From the NCBI RefSeq assembly GCF_037042905.1, contig NC_087246.1, positions 31,434,001-31,498,000 of the forward strand: DNA of 64,000 nucleotides. Direction: 5' to 3'. Source of the DNA: Lytechinus pictus. Its lineage: Eukaryota. Made by a program: the position numbers and the translations under genes. Below, piece after piece: positions 38,339 to 51,891 of the stretch. Under the pieces are notes generated by a model. That model did no database searches. It was not told where the DNA came from and saw nothing but the letters and a program-made list of their open reading frames with translations. Numbering within the stretch: the first letter of the stretch is position 1; the number at the start of each line of letters is the position of its first letter.

Positions 38339-38814
38339 AGGTGGTTTCAGACCGCCTCGAAGTTCGTCAGTTCCAGGTATTCTCTGATCGGGAAATTTAC
38401 CCCGATCAGAAAATACCAGGTATTTTGGTAATGTGAAAGCAAACTACGCGTAATTTCCCCGAAAGAAAATACCCGCTAAATAGTAGGTACTTGGCGAAAT
38501 TACGAGAACTTTCGCGGGGATTTTTCCAAGGTCGCAGGTATTTTGGCAATGTGAAAGCAATTTACGGGAACTTTTAGCCCAGCGTGTCGTTGGGCGCGGG
38601 CGCCGTGGGTGGCTGCTGGGCTAGTGGTTTTGAATCTCGCGCCTTGCCTGCTTATTAGACCATACTGCGCATGCTCCTAACTTCAGGAATTTATCCCGCA
38701 GGGTATGTTTCGGGGCGGTGTGAATGCAGGAATAATTAATGGGTATTTTTTAGCCTAATAATGTTCTCGTAATTTAACGGGGATTCTTGTGATCGAGGCG
38801 GTTTGAAACCGCCT
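38339..38814 (+). mobile_element. Family G MITE (duplicated copy)
   Basis: Copy of 33282-33757 at +5057. Confidence 0.88.
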
Positions 38815-38841
38815 TATGTATACATTGACACAGCATGGGTA

Positions 38842-39078
38842 CACTCTAAAAATCAAGGATTTAAAATAAATCCAGATCGGCTGTGAATAGTGACCAGCCG
38901 AATATTACATTTAGTTTTAAACCTTGAAGATTTAAACATAAATCTAAAAGATTTGAATTTAAATCCTTTGAGATTTGAAAGTTAATCCTAAAGATTTAAA
39001 ATAAATCCAACATTCGGCTGGTAATCATCCACAGCCGATCGATCTTGATTTATTTTAAATCCTTGATTTTTTAGAGTG
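38842..39078. mobile_element. CACTC..GAGTG MITE (duplicated copy)
   Basis: Copy of 33785-34021 at +5057. Confidence 0.85.
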
Positions 39079-39255
39079 TAACCCACATGGTCTGCCTCCT
39101 GGATGCTCTCAGGAATGGTGTATGAACAACCTTGTTACCTTTATAGACAGCTAATGACTTCCCATCAACTAAATAAAAAGTTTGGGTATTAATGTTGATC
39201 ATGGTAACACGACATTCGCTCAGACTGTGACAATTGCTCCGGTTTTTATTTTGTC

Positions 39256-39656
39256 TTAAAGAGAAATTCCAGTAGTTGCAGTAAACACTGATTTCATGAG
39301 AAAGTCTGTAAAACCAGGCTTATTTGTCAGTATATCATCGAGGATCTAGATGGTACAGTTACATAAACTGAACTTTGTGAAATCTTGAAATCTACGCTGA
39401 AAAATGTTCAGACTGAACTTCCCCAACACAGATAAGCGCACGTGGGACTGTGTATAATTATTGCTTTGAGCGTCGGGCCCGACGCTCTACCCGAATCCTG
39501 TGCTTATTTGCTGATTTCTCAGCAATTACACAATTTCTTCCAGAATCCTTTGGCACATGCGTTTTATTTATACAAACAGACACTTTGGTGGTCATTTCAT
39601 TGGATTCTGTACGAACTCATTTTGATATCGTTACCAAAACTAGCATTTACCTTTAA
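39256..39656 (+). mobile_element. Family K MITE (duplicated copy)
   Basis: Copy of 34199-34599 at +5057. Confidence 0.85.
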
Positions 39657-40440
39657 GGTTTAGAGTAAGGGGTAGGGTTGCAATAGGGCTTGATGTAAGG
39701 CTTAGGTTTAGGACAGTGTATCGTCAATTAAATCCAGGGTTGAAGTTAGTAAATCGATATAAGTGTGCGGAATTTATTGTGGAACAATTGTCGCCAGAGC
39801 AATGTCATGGAATTGTTGTGGGAAGATAATCATACCATTTTCGACTTTTGACAATGTTTATTCATACCTTTTATAAACTACTGTAACTGAAATTCATCAT
39901 TATTGATCAGTTTGTTCTCGTTTGCAAAATGTGTGAGATCAGGAATACCAGGTTCAGAATTTTTTCTTCCCCTCGTGCTTCCTGTCCTTCAATTCCCTCC
40001 TCCTTTACCTCCACTGCACCCCCCCCCCTCCGTCTCTACCAACGCTGTTTACACTCAACTCACTGAATTTCCCTATTCCTGACCAATTTTCTCCTTTGCT
40101 CTTTTTTTCTCCTTTCGTAATATTCCTCTTTTGAAACAATACCTATATATTGCCTACTATTGTTTTTTCTAAATGTTCAATGATGTAAAACTTTCATCTT
40201 TTGTCTATAAAATAACCCATTGCCCCTTCATTGCGCTATTCTATTGAAAATCCTAATGCGAGACAGCTAATGTTTACTCACCTGTTCTCTGAAAAGAATA
40301 ATCTTATTCCTCCATACAGAATGTTCATAGGTAAAAGAATATTAGAATCTAACAAAAATAAGGAACAGTGTGTGTGAGTACATATACATAATTGAAACAA
40401 ATATCAAATTCAAATAATGAACATGATGATGAATATTAGT

Positions 40441-41403
40441 AACAAGTGGAATGCCTCTGGCCGTCTCACCTGCATCACGCGATTCAATATAGCAGCAGTG
40501 CTGATTTTGAAAACTACTATAACTCGCACAAGATGTTTAGTGATACTTGGTTACTCTTATTTCCACGTTTTATGAACTAGACCAATACACTTATAGAGAT
40601 ATGATGGCAATTCAACAAATACCCCCAACGTGGCCAAAGTTCTTTGACCTTACATGACCTTTGACCTTGATCATGTGACCTGAAACTCGCACAGGATGTT
40701 CAGTGATACTTGATTACTATTATGTCCAAGTTTTATGAACTAGACCAACACACTTTCAAATTTATGGCTGTAATTCAACAAATACCCCAATTTGGCCAAA
40801 GTTCATTGACCCTAAATGACCTTTGACCTTGATCATGTGACCTGAAACTCGCACAGGATGTTCAGTGATACTTGATTACTATTATGTCCAAGTTTTATGA
40901 ACTAGACCAACACACTTTCAAATTTATGGCTGTAATTCAACAAATACCCCAATTCGGCCAAAGTTCATTGACCCTAAATGACCTTTGACCTTGGTCATGT
41001 GACGTGAAACTCATGCAGGATGTTCAGTGATACTTGATTAACCTTATGTATAAGTTTCATGAACTAGGTCCATATATTTTCTAAGTTATGATGACATTTC
41101 AAAAACTTAACCTTAGGTTAAGATTTTGATGTTGATTCCCCCAACATGGTCTAAGTTCATTGACCCTAAATGACCTTTGACCTTGGTCATGTGACATGAA
41201 ACTCAGGCAGGATGTTCAGTAATACTTGATTAACCTTATGGCCAAGTTTCATGAACTAGGTCCATATACTTTCTAAGTTATGCTGTCATTTAAAAAACTT
41301 AACCTCAGGTTAAGATTTGGTGTTGACGCCGCCGCCGCCGTCGCCGCCGCCGTCGGAAAAGCGGCGCCTATAGTCTCACTCTGCTATGCAGGTGAGACAA
41401 AAA
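40441..41403 (+). mobile_element. Family H3 Helentron-associated element (duplicated copy)
   Basis: Copy of 35384-36346 at +5057. Confidence 0.85.
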
Positions 41404-41822
41404 TAACAACTCTAAAAAAAATAAATGCATTGGAAATAAGTTACAAACCGCAATTTTATGAATGTTGGCAAACAGTGTGAAAAAATCAACACAGCCATTT
41501 GATCAAGATTTTCATTTTGAAGTATAAAAATACTTTGCATATAATTCTATTTTCATTGGACACTGACACACTCATTTGGCTATTTCACAGGATTGCACTT
41601 TTGTCACTAACTTTCTTTAGTAAATGTAATTATGTCAAATCAGTAAGGTTTATTTGTTTACTCACATGCAATTCATTGAATAATTTGTTTTCAACAATAC
41701 AAACGTCTTCCTCTTCCCTTTTTTGAGTTGATTTTGTCATACTTTTCTTTCAACCATGACACTGCAGACTGTTTGTCTATCCTTATGTTGCACTGCACAA
41801 TACTATTTTTCCTTACACATTT

Positions 41823-41864
41823 CTCCAACCATGGACCTTCTAGCTAGTAGGTCCATGCTCCAAC
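41823..41864. mobile_element. Footprint 5, duplicated copy
   Basis: Copy of 36766-36807 at +5057. Confidence 0.75.
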
Positions 41865-44343
41865 CACATAAATTTGTTTTAATATAGGGCCTACATAAAT
41901 TATGTTAACAGCATTATTCGGTCTAAACAAGCTACTATTCAGACGCAGCCAGCCCAACTGAAAATCCAGCCAAAAAACATGGTTATCGTCCAATTTGGAC
42001 AATCATTATCATTAATTGGACTAATTAGCAACACTGATACAGCATTGTGACGAACTACTGCCCACCATTGGAGCTCAATATTCATAAACCATGTAAACTA
42101 TCTTTGGACCTACCCACAATATAATGGTCAGATACTATCAATAGTCCATTTACAGTGGTCAATGAATGAATGAATTGAAGAAAAGAAAGAGAGAATCAAT
42201 ACAACTTGAGTTCAAAGAAATTTGTAAAGGATTATCAATTGAGTGCGGGTCAATGACCACACATGTGTAAGGGAGAGAGAAACAAACTCACAAAACACAG
42301 CTCATTTGGTCAGGATTAGATTGCTGACCCCATGTCTGATGGTGAGTTGAAAAGAAAAATAACATTCTACAAAATGTAGGATAATCTCAAGAAAATTAGC
42401 TGTCCAATTGGCAGATTTAAATTATTTCTATATCTTCACCACTAATTGGACTACTCACATTTTGTAAAGAGCATCTTTGGACTCCAAGGCAACATAAATG
42501 CCCCCCCCCCCTATTCCAAAAGGTTATTTACATCCATGCTAGTCTCTCAAAATTGAGGGGTCAAAATAAGAGAAGTACATAGGTGAATATTGACAAATGT
42601 GATGGTCATCATTACTATATATTTCGTTAAAATGTAAATCAGCTTTTCAATTGATTTAAATCCGTTGATTGGGAGGGGATTGACTCTTTTGAAACTGCGA
42701 CTTTAATGAAATGTCATTTTCAACTATCAAAATGAACATTTTTTTTTCAATATAGAAATGACAAGGAAAGGCTCTCAAGGGAAATATGAGTTCAACAACC
42801 TACATGTAGATGAGAGGTGCACATAGTTCCCACATTTTGGACTCTTCCTATAAACTTCAGGTCTCACTGTAAACAATAATGATAGGATACTGTGTACCTG
42901 CTTAATGTCATCTGCCCTTTTACAAGGTGATTCCCCAAACAGAGTTTGCTGCTTTCACATGCTTGCCAATAACCCCCCCCCCTTCCTACAGAGAAAGAAC
43001 ATTTTCAAACAATCACTTAATTTATGTGACACCATCACAGATTAATCAGAAAAAAAAGGAATACATAAACAGTTATGACGAATTCCCTCATTTCCAAGAG
43101 AAAATCAATGATTTTAACTAAACATGTAAAAGCAAAAAAAAAACCTCACTTGCCATATACATTTTCCCCTTTTCACAAATCATTTTTGGTAAATGAACTT
43201 TGTTGTCGCAGTGTTTTGTTCTGGATCATTCAAATGTGGCTGTAATTTTGATACAGCCCATTTTCTCAAACCATGTTCCATTATTAAAGTCACTTCTTTA
43301 TAATCATACTAGTATATCATAAATAAAATTGTGTAAATGGGACAAAATGTATGGCAAGTGAGGGTATATAGGCCTTTACATAAGAATGACAAAGTGGAAA
43401 TAAATTGAAGAAAATAAGAACAGAAGATAGACAGGGTTAATAGTGTTCAGTGGATAAATTCTGTATGACTATACATGGTGGTCTTTTATGTTTTATTTTT
43501 ATTCTTTTATGTTTTGTTTTGATCTATTGATCAAATTCGTGTTCAATTGGATTCTTCATCCCGTTAACCTAATGTTTCCAGAACCTGTGCGTGCAGATTG
43601 TTCAGAGTCATACTTATTTAGATTTTTCTGGATTATTTAGTCTAGAACACCAAACCTATGAACCTCACTTTCACCAATCAAAAGCCACACAGTAAGAATG
43701 TTGTTCAAACTATTATACAATGCTAATGAACCTTACAGTAGTAGTTTAAACAACAATGCTTAATTTATTGAGAATTGAATATTCAAAAATAAACTTTGTT
43801 GTTCAAGATTTTTGACACCTGTTTAAACCTTTTGAACTACTGTAAGGGTCATATCAGTGTTGTGTAAAAACATTTAAACAACATTTTTGGCAGCCATGGA
43901 TGCCCAGTTGCAGGCCTTGACCCCCTTCTCACTGCCCTTGCCCTACGATATCAATAATGAAGGCCAGAATAAGTCTTAATATTAAGGAAAATATTTCAGA
44001 AAAGAATCAAACTTGAATTTACACATTCTACAGCAACTGTTTTATACAGTCACCATCTGAAGCCAAGAGAGAGAAACAGCAAGAACTGTTGGTTAGAAGG
44101 CACAATAAACAGGGAAAAATATTATCTTGATTGGAGCCAAAAGGGCGTTAATTCCTAGACATGACGTCCTTTTGGCTTGGTATCATGAAAGGAACGGAAA
44201 CAATAATGGGAGGAGCAGCAAAACAGGCCCGGGTCTGTCTACTGCGTTCTCAGGAAGTTGTTCGAAAACCGCAGCGGTAATCTTTTGTGCTCTCAATTTT
44301 CAGATCACGCATCAACGATTCTACCCAGATCAAGAATATAAAT

Positions 44344-44822
44344 AGGTGGTTTCAAACCGCCTCGATCACAAGAATCCCCGTTAAATTACGAGAACATTTT
44401 TAGGCTAAAAAATACCCATTAATTATTCCTGCATTCAGACCGCCCCGCAACATACACTTCGGGATAAATTCCTGAAGTTAGGAGCATGCGCAGTATGGTC
44501 TAATAAGCAGGCAAGGCGCGAGATTCAAAACTACTAGCCCAGCAGCAACCCATGCACGGCGCCGCACCCAACGACACGCTGGGCTAAAAGTTCCCGTAAT
44601 TTGCTTTCAGACCGCCAAAATACCCACGACCTTGGAAAAATCCCCGCGAAAGTTCTCGTAATTTCGCCAAGTACCTACTATTTATCGGGTATTTTCTTTC
44701 GGGGATATTACGCGTAGTTTGCTTTCACACCGCCAAAATACCTGGTATTTTCTGATCGGGGTAAATTTCCCGATCAGAGAATACCTGGAACTGGCGAACT
44801 TCGAGGCGGTCTGAAACCACCT
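44344..44822 (-). mobile_element. Family G MITE, independent inverted copy
   Basis: Reverse complement of 33282-33757 with scattered substitutions; TIR AGGTGGTTTCAAACCGCCTCG / CGAGGCGGTCTGAAACCACCT. Confidence 0.88.
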
Positions 44823-46307
44823 TATGAGACCCATTTGCATGGTGGAAAACAAACCAATGGGGGAAACCACTAGGTGCTTCTTTTTTAATTAGATAAGATT
44901 TGTAAAATACACTTATTCAGAATACCAAGTAAAATACATATGGTTCATGGTTTGTTTGTGTTTTTTTTATAGAGAAGTTGCGAGCACATGTTGCTGATGC
45001 ATGAAGGAGAAACACATTCAAACTTGTCAAAGGCAATAATGAGCACAAAAATTAATAATCAATAGAAGGAAAAGGAGGGAGAAAGGAGGAGGAGATGGAG
45101 GAGGAGGAAAATGAGAAGGGGGAGAAAGAGGAGTAGGAGCAGACAGAGAAGGATACAATTAAAGATTAAAGTAAACTAAAAAGTTTTTTTTTTCTAAATT
45201 CAAACTCTCCATTTACATTATCAATCGCAACATTCTAGATGGACAATGGATCATGCTTCTTTATGAAGGCAGAATGAACATTTTTAATCACTTATCACAA
45301 ACACACATTTCAATATTAAGAACTATCTATGCTTTTTTAAAGCAAATTTGTGCTAAAGTATAATGCCCATGCCATGTTGACATGGAAGATTGGTCATAAT
45401 GGGGTGCACCCATAAAAAAAAAAGTGTTGGAATTTTGCAAACTTTCCGTCTCGATCGAAGCAGTATCACATTTGTTATAAGGGCAATAGCATTTAAAATT
45501 TGATTTCGCGATTAAGCTTCCCTAGAAACGCTCGTCAATAGCCTGATTTTAACCTGAAAATGGGGAAGCATAAACGCACCTTAAATCATAATCAACCCTG
45601 CTGATCTGAGATAAGATTCTCCCATTGGCCATACAACTGCCAAAATGAATAATACATCTCATTTATCATCTCATATTTCTAACCACAAATGTTAACTAGG
45701 GTACGCAGTTGATTTTCAAAATATACTATAAAAAGGCCACAATGCACTGTTTATTCTAGTTTTGTCACTGAAAATTAACTAATCAATCCTTCAAACTAGT
45801 TGCAGTTCAGAAAGATTATCCTAACTTCGATTACCCTTTTTTTTCCTTGTTTAATTTGAAACACCATACAAATACTATAAACCAAGGATTATTTGAAACT
45901 ACGTGTACTTTTTGTGAAGACAATCTGTATCACACTCATCAGTAAGATACAGGGCTTGTCAAGCTAAAGAGGACCATGAGAAACAACAACAAACGGAAAT
46001 AAAAAAAAAGAGAAAATTTTCAGCCTGGATTACCACTTGAAGTCATGGATAGAGGGTGGGTAATGCAAAATAATACCTAATTCAGTTTATTCTATTCCAC
46101 TAAGAGCAAAGATCAATGAAGATGTTTGTGAATGTTTATTTGCACTAATTTTGCATACATCATACCTTGCCAAAATTTCACCATTGTACATTGTTATTGG
46201 AGTGCAGGAAAACAACAAAATGCCCTGTAACTGTAACACAAGCTCAATGGGGAAAAGTACCCTGACAAAAAGTATATTGTATAAGGTTTGAGACAATATA
46301 TCAAAGA

Positions 46308-46710
46308 TTAAAGCTAAATTACAGTAGTTGCAGTAAAACACTAATTTCGTGAGAAAGTCTGTTAAACCAAGGTTAAGTATGACTATATCATCGTGGATCT
46401 AGATCTGGTACAGTTACATGAACTGAACTTTGTGAAATCATAAAATCTAAGCTGAAATACGATCACACTGAAGATCGCCAACACAGATAGGCACACGTGG
46501 GACAGTGTATTATTATTGCTGGAATAAAGACCCGACGGAAGTGACCGAATCTGCGCTTATTTTGCTTAATTCTCAGCAATTACACGATTTCTTCCAGAAT
46601 CCTTTGGCACATATTTTTTATTCATACAAACAGACACTTGGGTGGTCATTATATTAGATTCTGTAAAAAGTCATTTTGAGATCGTTACCAGAACTGGAAT
46701 TTACCTTTAA
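46308..46710 (+). mobile_element. Family K TTAA MITE
   Basis: TTAA|AGCTAAATTACAGT ... ACTGGAATTTACCT|TTAA; near-identical to 8362-8764. Confidence 0.88.
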
Positions 46711-48360
46711 AAGAGCTATTAGAATTTCAATTTGACTTGTGACATCATATGCGAGCAGCGTTCCCATTTACATTGGAGTAAAAAAATAAATGAAATGTTA
46801 TTTTCTAAAAATATTGAAAATGGTTTTTATCACACCTTCAGTATATATATCAACAGATAAATAATTTCACACCTGCTCATGACAGAAAAAATATTAATCA
46901 TTCGACAATTTTAATTTGTGCATTTTATACATTACATAACTGCTCATACATGGCATCACAAATAAAAAAAATTAATAACTTTCCTAATCTTTGATGGATT
47001 TTCCTCAAACCTTCATTTTTGTGGTATTTTTACAGCAAACTTTTCATTAGGGCAAACTTTCCCTCAATATACCACTTACAGGTCATACATGTAAGGTCAT
47101 TTTTTGTAATCAACTATATATATATATGATCGATTGCTAAGTTTTGGGTTACTGGCCCTCGAATTGTGAAAATGACAACCTAAGAATAATCACTAAAATA
47201 TCTGTACACCAAAATGTTACCTAAATACAATACCATGTTATCTAGACAGCCAAATGATCACAATACATGTATCCCTTATCAAAGAAAAATTAGACTGTAT
47301 ACTGTTCAATTGACAGAACTAAAGGACATTCTAGTCTCCAGGAGAAGAAACAAATTGTGGAGAAGACCAATAAATACAACGAAATGTCAAAATATATACA
47401 GAAGTATCAGGAAGTCTTTCATGGAAATCACTGTGTATATAGAGAAGTACAGTGTACATGTAGTTGCGGAGTGTATTCTGACTGTAAGGGATTACGGACT
47501 GTCAATCATTATGCCAAAGAGAGACCCATTTAGTGTGCAGTAGTGCAAGTAATGTAACAATTTGACTGCCCCACAGTTAGATTTACTGTACTCAACACTC
47601 CTGCACAACTGATGTGTGTAACACAAATGATAATGCATGGCCCTGGGTTCTAAAGGCTTATTCTGAAAGGTAACAATAGAATCACACCGATTGTTTGAGG
47701 GTATTATAAAGGTTCTCTTTTCAGGCAACTTTTGAGGTGCATGGAAAGGGCAATGGTGTCTAGGACTGCGTGCTGTTGCCTATTTGAGGATTCTGAAGGA
47801 TCTCTCAATTTTGGTGACACTATTTTTCGGGCAAGATTATCTGAAGTTTACAAGAAACCCAGATCGATGCATTGTCAACATGACTGGTTTTTTACAAGAG
47901 CAATGTGATTGTTTAGGGAAAGGGCAGTCTGTTAAACTCACTAATATCAAATTTCCTGGTTTGAAGTCAAATAATTATTAGGAAATGCTGATTTTGTCAT
48001 GAAACTTCCATTGAAAATAATATTTTTTCTCAAGGCAACATAGTTTTATTTAAAATGTATTAAAAAAAAATCCACTTTTTTTTTTTTTTTTTTTTTTGGG
48101 GGGGGGGGGGGTGCAAATATAAGTAAAAGCCTGAATAATCTATTTCAGTAAGAACACAACATACATGTACAATCTAAGCCAACTCACTAAAATCAAACGA
48201 GCATAAAACTAACACATTCAGTGATTATTTTATCGACATCAAATGTAAAATAACAAAAGTTAAACGCATTTAATTGTATCCAGGAAAGGTGAATTAGAAA
48301 CATGTATAAGGCTAATTTGTGGCTGGTTTTTAATTCGAAATGTCTGGCTGAACAAATTAT

Positions 48361-48793
48361 AAGGGTCATTCCATGGGGTTGGGGCAATTTTTGTGACATA
48401 CCAGAACTCCAAAACTGTGTCTCCTGTATTAAAAGAACACAAATGTATGCATAAAATTACCAGCAAAAATAAATGGTGTCTCATCAAGTTTTACTTCTCA
48501 AGCATCATGATGTATTGCAGATTCACACCTGAAAATTTATTGAAAATGTTATGCCAATGTGATGTCCATGTAACAGTGGTAAAACTTTGTATTTGTTTTG
48601 CAGCAAATCCATTAAAGATCCCCAATTTCCAACTGAATTACTATGATTGGACATAATCTTTAAATTGACACATCAAACCCTAACCCCATTTGAACTGATC
48701 TTCTCTATGTAATGAACAAGCTGATACCACCGTTAAATGGACATATAACACGATTTTGTTGCCCCAACCCCATGGAATATTGGAATGACCCTT
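48361..48793. mobile_element. ~430-bp MITE
   Basis: TIR AAGGGTCATTCCATGGGGTTGGGGCAA / TTGCCCCAACCCCATGGAAT(attggaat)GACCCTT. Confidence 0.75.
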
Positions 48794-48923
48794 AAACTTC
48801 TACAGATAAATCTTTATTAAACACACTCATAAACAATCTCATACTCCCTTTCTCTATTAAATCTCTTTCTGGTCATTCCTCCACTTCAAATTCTCTTTCC
48901 TTGATCTTTCTTTTAATCCTCAT

Positions 48924-49142
48924 TCAAGGATTTAAAATAAATCCCGATCAGCTGTGGATAGTGACCAGTCGAATGTTGGATTCATTTTAAATCTTTAGGA
49001 TCAACTTTCAAATCTGAAAAGATTTAAATTCAAATCTTTTAGATTTATATTTAAATCTACAAGGTTTAAAAATCTAATATTTGGCTGGTCACTATTCACA
49101 GCCGATCTGGATTTATTTTAAATCCTTGATCTTCAGAGTGTA
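48924..49142. mobile_element. CACTC..GAGTG MITE, left end truncated
   Basis: Inverted homologue of 33785-34021 ending AGAGTG|TA. Confidence 0.8.
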
Positions 49143-50792
49143 GCCTACCAATTCACTCTTTACTCCTTTTCTACTCATTTCTATCACCAACCGATCCTCA
49201 ATAATTATTAATAATACTATTACTAATTACAATTTTATCTATAGAGCTTAATAAATTGAAACAACCTCACTGAGAATTTACATACATTTACCCCGGTCAT
49301 CAGTTTCTATACAAGGTATGCATTTGTTCACAAACTTCAAAGCTTTCTTTATGTACATGTACTTCCCACCAGGCAAGCAAGCAATATAAAAAATACCATA
49401 TTTTTTCAATGCAAGATTCCTACCCAATACCGTATATTTTGCACATATATGTACCTTTTATATCTTCTCATCTCAATAGTCTTAGGCTTTCAGAAAACTC
49501 AAACTTTAAAAGAGACAACATTATTTATCTGGTGGAAAGAGTGAAAAAGGGCCAAAGAGTGACAGCGTTTCCTACACCTGAAATGATGCCCTTCCATATT
49601 TTAGATTGTACCTGTGCGTTATACTTCAGAGCATAGAAACTGCTAATTAAATCACAATCACAAAATAAATTATCTTTCTTTATCAGACAGTACAAATTTA
49701 AACAGTGACAAGCAGGTGATTGATGTTGTTTTCCTATTTTGATAAATAGCATCAAAGGAGTCATTTTTAATTCATAATAGAAGATGTGATATTTACATTT
49801 TTATACACATGGTCATCATAATTTACACATTTCTATTTATAATCTGAGGTTTTCAAGTCAAAAATATATAAACAAGGTAAGAGATAAAAAAGGTAAATCT
49901 CGGTTAAAAACCTTTAGGTTGGTTCACATGATCATAATGAATAATACAATGTAAGAATTAGTGAATTTGAAGGGAAAGCCTACCCTCAAGTTAAATATAC
50001 AGTAAAAACAGAACAATGGGAGAATATCAATGAGGGTTCAATGAAAAACCAACATACATACAAGTATTAATCATAAATTGTTCATTTTTTTTAAATTAGA
50101 GACATCACTTTGCAAGTTGCAATATAGCCCTACATGACACTCCACTTTTCAATTTACTGAAAAAATAAATTCTGTATCCTATGGTGTCTAAATTCAAATT
50201 AATGGCGACATGTTCAAACATCTGGAAAAGGAGTTTCAAACAGCAAAATCTGCTTAAAAACCTGAAACAAACAAAAGGATGGAAGTAGATTGAACAGGTT
50301 TTACATTTGCCTTTGATATCATATTGTTTCATGGATATTCCTTTGTAAATGACAATTTTTTAATTGATCTATTTTGCACCCAAATCATTTCAATAAATAT
50401 CCATAATTAGTTTCCTTATCATAGAAAGTTGGGGACTACACATGTAAAGTGCATTTTCATCAGAAACTCAAGATCCCTTTTTACACCTACAGGTATGTCA
50501 TTTTTTTAAATCTTCATTTACATGTACCGGTATTATATTTTCTGTGCAAAAATTCATTGATTCATTCATAATTTAAGTACTTAAAAAAAAAAATTATGGG
50601 ATTCATAGTTCACAAGGATTACATGTTGCAGCTCACAAGTGACATTTCAATATACAAAAATTGAAAACATAAATATTGTACCTTTTGATGAATTTTCATC
50701 AAACTTTATGTTGATATATATTTCTGAGGAGTTTTTTATTCTGCTTTTATCAAACTAACTTGATGAGTGATGACAGACATGGCGGACTTTCC

Positions 50793-50829
50793 CTTGAACC
50801 ATGGAGCTATTATAGCTCCATGCTTGAAC
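50793..50829. mobile_element. P-superfamily-like excision footprint / micro-insertion 6
   Basis: CTTGAAC [CATGGAGCTATTATAGCTCCATG, 50800-50822] CTTGAAC. Confidence 0.75.
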
Positions 50830-51725
50830 TGTCAGAAAGAACCAAAATATTGACCAATATATGTACACAATATCAGAGTGGAAGAATTACAATCATGTTC
50901 CATAGTGTCATGCATATAATATCAATTGATTGAAAATATCTTCACCTGTACATGTAAGATCCATGTCAACAAAAGATACATTTTTAGCACCAAATTGTAA
51001 GAAAGAATATTGAATTTGAATTAAAAACAAACACAGACAAGTTCAACTAGTTTCATGAAGTCATACAAGATTGTGATGTTACCAGCAGCATCGCAAAGAG
51101 AACAAAGTAAATTTGAAATGTAAGTCGGTGAGTCACATGTGAATCAATTATAATGAATTTCTTGACCACATCATATTAAAAGCAAATATTAATGGATCAG
51201 ATGTTTCACTTCACATGAAGTGATTGGCAATAATGGCCATTTTTTTTTCTCAATTCAACAAATATTTACTGTGGTGCCAACATGTAGAAGCCAAACATAC
51301 AATTTGTCAAATAGGCTTTTATATATTATTATGATTTTTCAATGATTGTACATGATAGATGATGAACTTTCCACAATTTAACCAAGGCCTGAAAACACAG
51401 TTTATTAGAAACAATTCAATTTTACCTTCAACAGTAATTCATATTTGATTCAGATTTGAGAGTGAAAAAGCTTAGAACAGAAAAATGCCCCTAAACCCTA
51501 GTATCCTACTAATAAAAATAATACAACCCATGCATCCTACTGTACATGTACAGTAGGTAGATTCAAATTTTGATTATACATGTACATGTGTAATACAATG
51601 TAACATTATAAATATGGCACCTAAATACATGGAAGTTGAAATTAAACTTATTTCATTAATGTTTCATACATGTTTATTCATGATTATCAGATAATAGAAG
51701 AGGGGAACACCTCAGTTTTGTGTAA

Positions 51726-51891
51726 TACCTCGGTCACATTTGGTCTACGGCGGCCGTACGGCTAGTCGAAAACAGCGGTTTTATTCATTCATTTATTCAA
51801 ACCACCTATATGTAGCTGGTACCAAAAAAATGTTAAAACGGCTGTTTTCGACTCGCCGTACGGCCGCCGTAGAGCAAATGTGACCGAGGTA
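51726..51891. mobile_element. 166-bp Tourist/Harbinger-like MITE, copy 1
   Basis: ~57-bp TIRs TACCTCGGTCACATTTG..CGGCGGCCGTACGGC..GTCGAAAACAGC; TSD TAA. Confidence 0.88.

Larger units (their letters stand above)
31760..41873 (+). repeat. Near-perfect tandem duplication, 2 x 5057 bp (31760-36816, 36817-41873)
   Basis: All ORFs recur identically at a +5057 offset; junction ...CCACATAAAT|GTTAAACGTC... with 1-bp (T) microhomology. Confidence 0.97.

Noticed and set aside
31986-41726. Identical ORF pairs suggesting duplicated genes
   Set aside because: Non-coding ORFs repeated by the 5057-bp duplication
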